The position numbers were made by a program, and so were the translations under genes. This document shows positions 60,182-64,000 of a stretch of 64,000 nucleotides of DNA, piece after piece; the first letter of the stretch is position 1; every line of letters begins with the position of its first letter. The notes under the pieces are model-generated. The model searched no databases. It saw only the letters and a list, made by a program, of their open reading frames with translations, and was not told where the DNA came from. The DNA is taken from positions 49,414,001-49,478,000 of the forward strand of contig NW_027361687.1 of assembly GCF_039654945.1 (NCBI RefSeq), read 5' to 3'. This DNA is from Dendrobates tinctorius. Taxonomy: Eukaryota.

Positions 60182-60487
60182 GGCTATGTGCACACGTTGC
60201 AGATTCAGCTGCGGGTTTTTCCGGGCGGATCCGCAGGTAAAACTGCAGATTATACTGCGGTTTTGCCCTGCGGTTTCACGCCTCTACTATGTTAGAGGTG
60301 TGAAACCGCCCAAACAATTGACATGCTGCGGTTTGTAAACCGCGGAAAAAAACGCAGCGTGAGCACAGCGCTTTTGAAAACCCATAGGCTTTCATTGTAC
60401 TGTACCTTGTCAGCGGAACTGCTGCGTTTCCGCAGGGGCAAAACCGCTGCGGAAACGCAGCAGAATCTGCAACGTGTGCACACAGCC
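60182..60487. mobile_element. Harbinger-type MITE
   Basis: TIR GGCTATGTGCACACGTTGCAGATTC / GAATCTGCAACGTGTGCACACAGCC, followed by TAA. Confidence 0.8.
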
Positions 60488-61222
60488 TAAAGCATCAACA
60501 TCCCTTGCACCCCACGCCCATTCAAGAGGCAATTATATAGGTAAAGGGGTATATAACTGTTAGATTGGTGCTGGGTTACCCACCGATTGCTGAAAAGGGG
60601 GTCGCAGCAGAGGCCGTGCACGCTGCCACTTTATCTAGATGATCATTTTTTCAAGGACAGATCCCAAACTACCGATGTCGATACCAGAAAACCCATGATA
60701 GCACACCCTTCTTATTTAGACCTTCCCCTTTAATGAGGTCTTATAAGACCACTTTTTTTTTATTCAGATTAGCAGACCCCTGGGGGATTATGGGAAGAGT
60801 CTCAATTAGCTAGAAAATCAGCTCAGTATAAGAGTGCGGCGCCTGCAGTATATATCTCTCCATACACTAGGCCGGGCCCCGCATTGTGCATGTTTGTACT
60901 TGTGCCGTGTGTGCACAGGGTGCGCTGTGGGCTGATTATGCGGTTATTAGGTAACATGAGATTTTTTGGGAGTCACCCATTACCCTGTACCTTCCCTACC
61001 CCCCAGCTACATGGGTGATGTCAGCCGCCTATTTCACGGTCTCCAACCTCCTGGCATACAACGTGTAAGTATCTGCTCAGCACGGTATGGCGGTATTATT
61101 TATCACCCTGCGTTCACCGAACAACAGTGGTGTGTTTATAGGAAATAAAGGGTCGCTCCTACCACCAGTAAAGGCGCACACTGTCTGCAAATACTGTATG
61201 GGGGTACTGTATGCACATGTAA

Positions 61223-61714
61223 GGCCGGGGTCACACTAACCGACGCAAAATACGGTCAGTAGTTTACATTCGTAATACGGATGACAGACCCCTAAACAGT
61301 GCTCCGTATGTCATCCGTAAGCAAGGTGTGGTCGTGTATTTTGCACATGTCAGCATCCGTATGTAATCCGTATGGCATCCGTATGGCGGGATTTTCTCGC
61401 AGGCTTGCAAAATGGACATATAATGGAGCCTTATGACAGGGTTTCTAAAAGACACCGGGTGCGTATTTCTCGCAGGTCACACGTGTGGTCCGTGTGTAAT
61501 CCGTATTTTTTGCGCGCCCATAGACTTGCATTGGCGTATTACGGCCGTAGTACGCTGACAGTCCCAGCATGCTGCGATTGGCACGGAGCGTAGAATACGG
61601 ATGAGAAATATACGGCTGGTGCGAGGGACCCCATAGAGAATCATTGGTCCGTGTGTAATGCGTGCTTTTAGCGCCTCTCACTCGGCCGTATTCCTCGCCA
61701 GTGTGACCCCGGCC
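61223..61714. mobile_element. Harbinger-type MITE
   Basis: TIR GGCCGGGGTCACACT; TAA TSD on both sides. Confidence 0.88.
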
Positions 61715-62639
61715 TAAGGGGGGCACTTTTTTTTAACATATATAAAGCACACCTGTGCAGCAGTTTGCTCCACCGCGCCCATAACTGCATAATGAGGGAT
61801 AGAACTGGCAGCGCAGGATCCGACTAATCCGCTCACCTGTGACTATTAACTACTAAGGTGCTGGATTTCCAGACTATTGGAAGTTGCACCGTTACGTTAG
61901 CACGTTATGGAAAAAACTGACACAAATGTCACCAAATTTTCCATTAAGGGGTACGATGACTGTCAACAAAGTGGTCTCTCCTGCCCCATGTTTGAATGGG
62001 GGCATTGCCGTACTAGCAACTTATCGGAATTCAGCACCAGTGATCGGTTTTGTTGTGGACCGCTCCTCCGATCTCCTTGTTTTTGTGATACGCCTGCGCT
62101 ATTTTCTGTAGTGATTTATATTATGAATTGTTTTTTTACAAGGGGGTGTCGGACATTTTGGATGAGGAGGTTATGTGATGTGTGTTTTATTGACTCAGTC
62201 GTCGGATGGTCGATCGGATCATCAGTAATTTAAAAGAAATCTCATTGACGGGGTTATCTCCTGTCACACTGGGCCTTGGTTATTAATATTGTGCTTGCAG
62301 CCCTTTGCAGCCAATCAGAGCTCAGCTTTCATTTCTTAAACTGCTCTGTTAAAATTAAAGCTGCGCTGTGAGTGGTTACTATGGGCAACAAAGACAGTTT
62401 ATTGTTAGTGTCTTTGGGTAAAAAAAAATAGGTGACATCCAAAATGACCGTCATCAGGGGGCCAGGAAAATAAACCACTGACAGAAAACCCATGGGAGCA
62501 ATTTACCATGACAATCTGTGTGATCAATGGGAGTGCTATCCCTACACTCTGTTCTGAATGGAGTTTCCACTTTTCTCACCAGATTCTTTGACACAAAAAA
62601 ACCTTAACACACTTTTATTGTTCTCAGTAATGTGAGCGT

Positions 62640-63265
62640 TTGCCCTGACAGAACCGTCCACCCTTATGGGACGCGCCTGTCTGAACCGCGAGCGTCCACC
62701 TTAACAGAATCATCTGCCTCTATGGGACGTGCCTGACATAACCGTTCACCCTTATGGGATGCATCTGTCAGCTCTGAATGAACCGCAAGCGTCCACCCTG
62801 ACGGAACCGTCCTCCCTTACAGGATGGACCTGTAAGTCCTGACGGATCAGTAAGCGTTCGTCCTGACAGAATCGTCCACCCTTACGGGACATGCCTGTAT
62901 GCCCTGAAGTGACCGCGAGCGTCCACCTTGACAGAATCGTCTGCCCTTAGGACGCCCTAGTCAGTTCTGACTGAATCAAGAGCGTCTGCCCTGACAGAAT
63001 CGTCTGCCCTTATGGAAAGCTCTTGAGAGAACCGCGAGAGTCTGCCCGGACAGACCCATCAGCCATTTCGGGACGCGCCTGTAAGCTCTGAAGGAACCAC
63101 CAGCATCAACCTTGACAAAATCGTCTGCCCTTATGGGATGCGCCAGTCAGCCCTGACTGAATCGCAAGCGTCTGCTCTGACAGAACCGTCAGCCATTGCG
63201 GGACGCGCCTGTAAGCCCTGACGGAACCGCGAGTGTCCACCCTGACACAACTGTAAGGGTCAGCT
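62640..63265. repeat. Degenerate ~60-bp tandem repeat in BNIPL intron 1
   Basis: Recurring CCTGACAGAACCGTC..CCCTTATGGGACGCGCCTGT..GAACCGCGAGCGTC. Confidence 0.8.
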
Positions 63266-63326
63266 TGCGCATAATGGCAAGTGTGGCTAAAATGTGACCC
63301 TCCATTGTGATGTTCTTTCCTGGCAG

Positions 63327-63431
63327 CTCCAGTGGTGTCAAGCAGCGTCCAGCAGCCCCGTCCACTGCCACTCGTCTGGGTATCGATGACATGGAGCTGA
63401 AAGAAGAATGGCAAGATGAAGAGTTTCCAAG
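63327..63431 (+). CDS. BNIPL: BNIPL exon 2
   Basis: DMELKEEWQDEEFPR, the BNIP2-family N-terminal motif; synteny downstream of PRUNE1. Confidence 0.88.
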
Positions 63432-63523
63432 GTCGGTCCCCCCTCCCACCTGACACGACTACGGGACTTGACCTTAATAGATTGTTTATTACCATCATGT
63501 GATGTCTCGGTCTTGGATTTTAG

Positions 63524-63585
63524 GTTCCTTCCAGAGGAGGTGGCGACGGAAGAAGATTCAGATTCCAAAGAGGATAAACCCTCAG
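63524..63585 (+). CDS. BNIPL: BNIPL exon 3
   Basis: FLPEEVATEEDSDSKEDKPS; AG/GT borders, phases 2/1. Confidence 0.82.
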
Positions 63586-63684
63586 GTGAGGAGGGAGACA
63601 AACTTGCACCAGGTTTCCCCAGCAGCACAGAGAATTTCAGGAAAACTGATTTTTTTTTTTTTTTTTTTGCCTCATCTACCACAG

Positions 63685-63909
63685 CTTGTCCTCCCAGCAC
63701 GCTGGAGCTGTGCGGTAACCGCCACATGAAGAAGCGATTGTCTGCCCCAGATATCAGCTTTAATCTAGAGAACAGCCAGGAGTCGGCGGTCTCCAGTGAC
63801 CCCCACGATGATCAGACAACAGAGGAAGACTTTGATTTTGACATTGATGATCTGGAGACACCAAACAGTAGCGAAATGCTGGATCTGAGCCACGAGTTTG
63901 AGTGGGAAG
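63685..63909 (+). CDS. BNIPL: BNIPL exon 4 (gene continues beyond window)
   Basis: PSTLELCGNRHMKKRLSAP..DIDDLETP..HEFEWE. Confidence 0.9.
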
Positions 63910-64000
63910 GTAACATCCTCTGTGTAGACGGACTCCGGAAAATACGGTCAGGGTCATGTGATCACGGTGCGGCCATAATGACCCTGGTCTCTTTTATTAC

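Overview
Vertebrate genomic DNA, most likely an anuran (frog); this is inferred from the TE families, minisatellites and protein similarity. It carries the syntenic trio MINDY1 (minus strand, 9 coding exons, ~518 aa, ending in CaaX CVLL), PRUNE1 (plus strand, 8 exons, ~494 aa) and the first 4 exons of BNIPL (plus strand). Bases 1-13.4 kb are a TE nest: three nested Ty3/Gypsy elements, a decayed Chapaev3-like DNA transposon, Harbinger MITEs and a 2-kb fold-back. The last MINDY1 intron has grown from ~0.6 kb to 16.8 kb through two DIRS (tyrosine-recombinase) retrotransposons with nested solo-LTR, hAT and L2 insertions, plus a fold-back element. The head-to-head MINDY1/PRUNE1 promoter is split by a 4.1-kb 41-bp minisatellite bordered by an array of 7 co-oriented CTCF-like sites. 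Most striking non-coding signals: (i) three non-coding fold-back insertions, each with a 15-bp target duplication and a hammerhead-ribozyme motif at or near the fold (Penelope/retrozyme-like); (ii) a tRNA-independent self-priming PBS in a Gypsy LTR; (iii) candidate introns at equivalent positions in two different DIRS gag genes; (iv) a recursive-splice-like AG|GTGAGT at the PRUNE1 last exon, upstream of BNIPL. All calls were made by eye, with no database searches.
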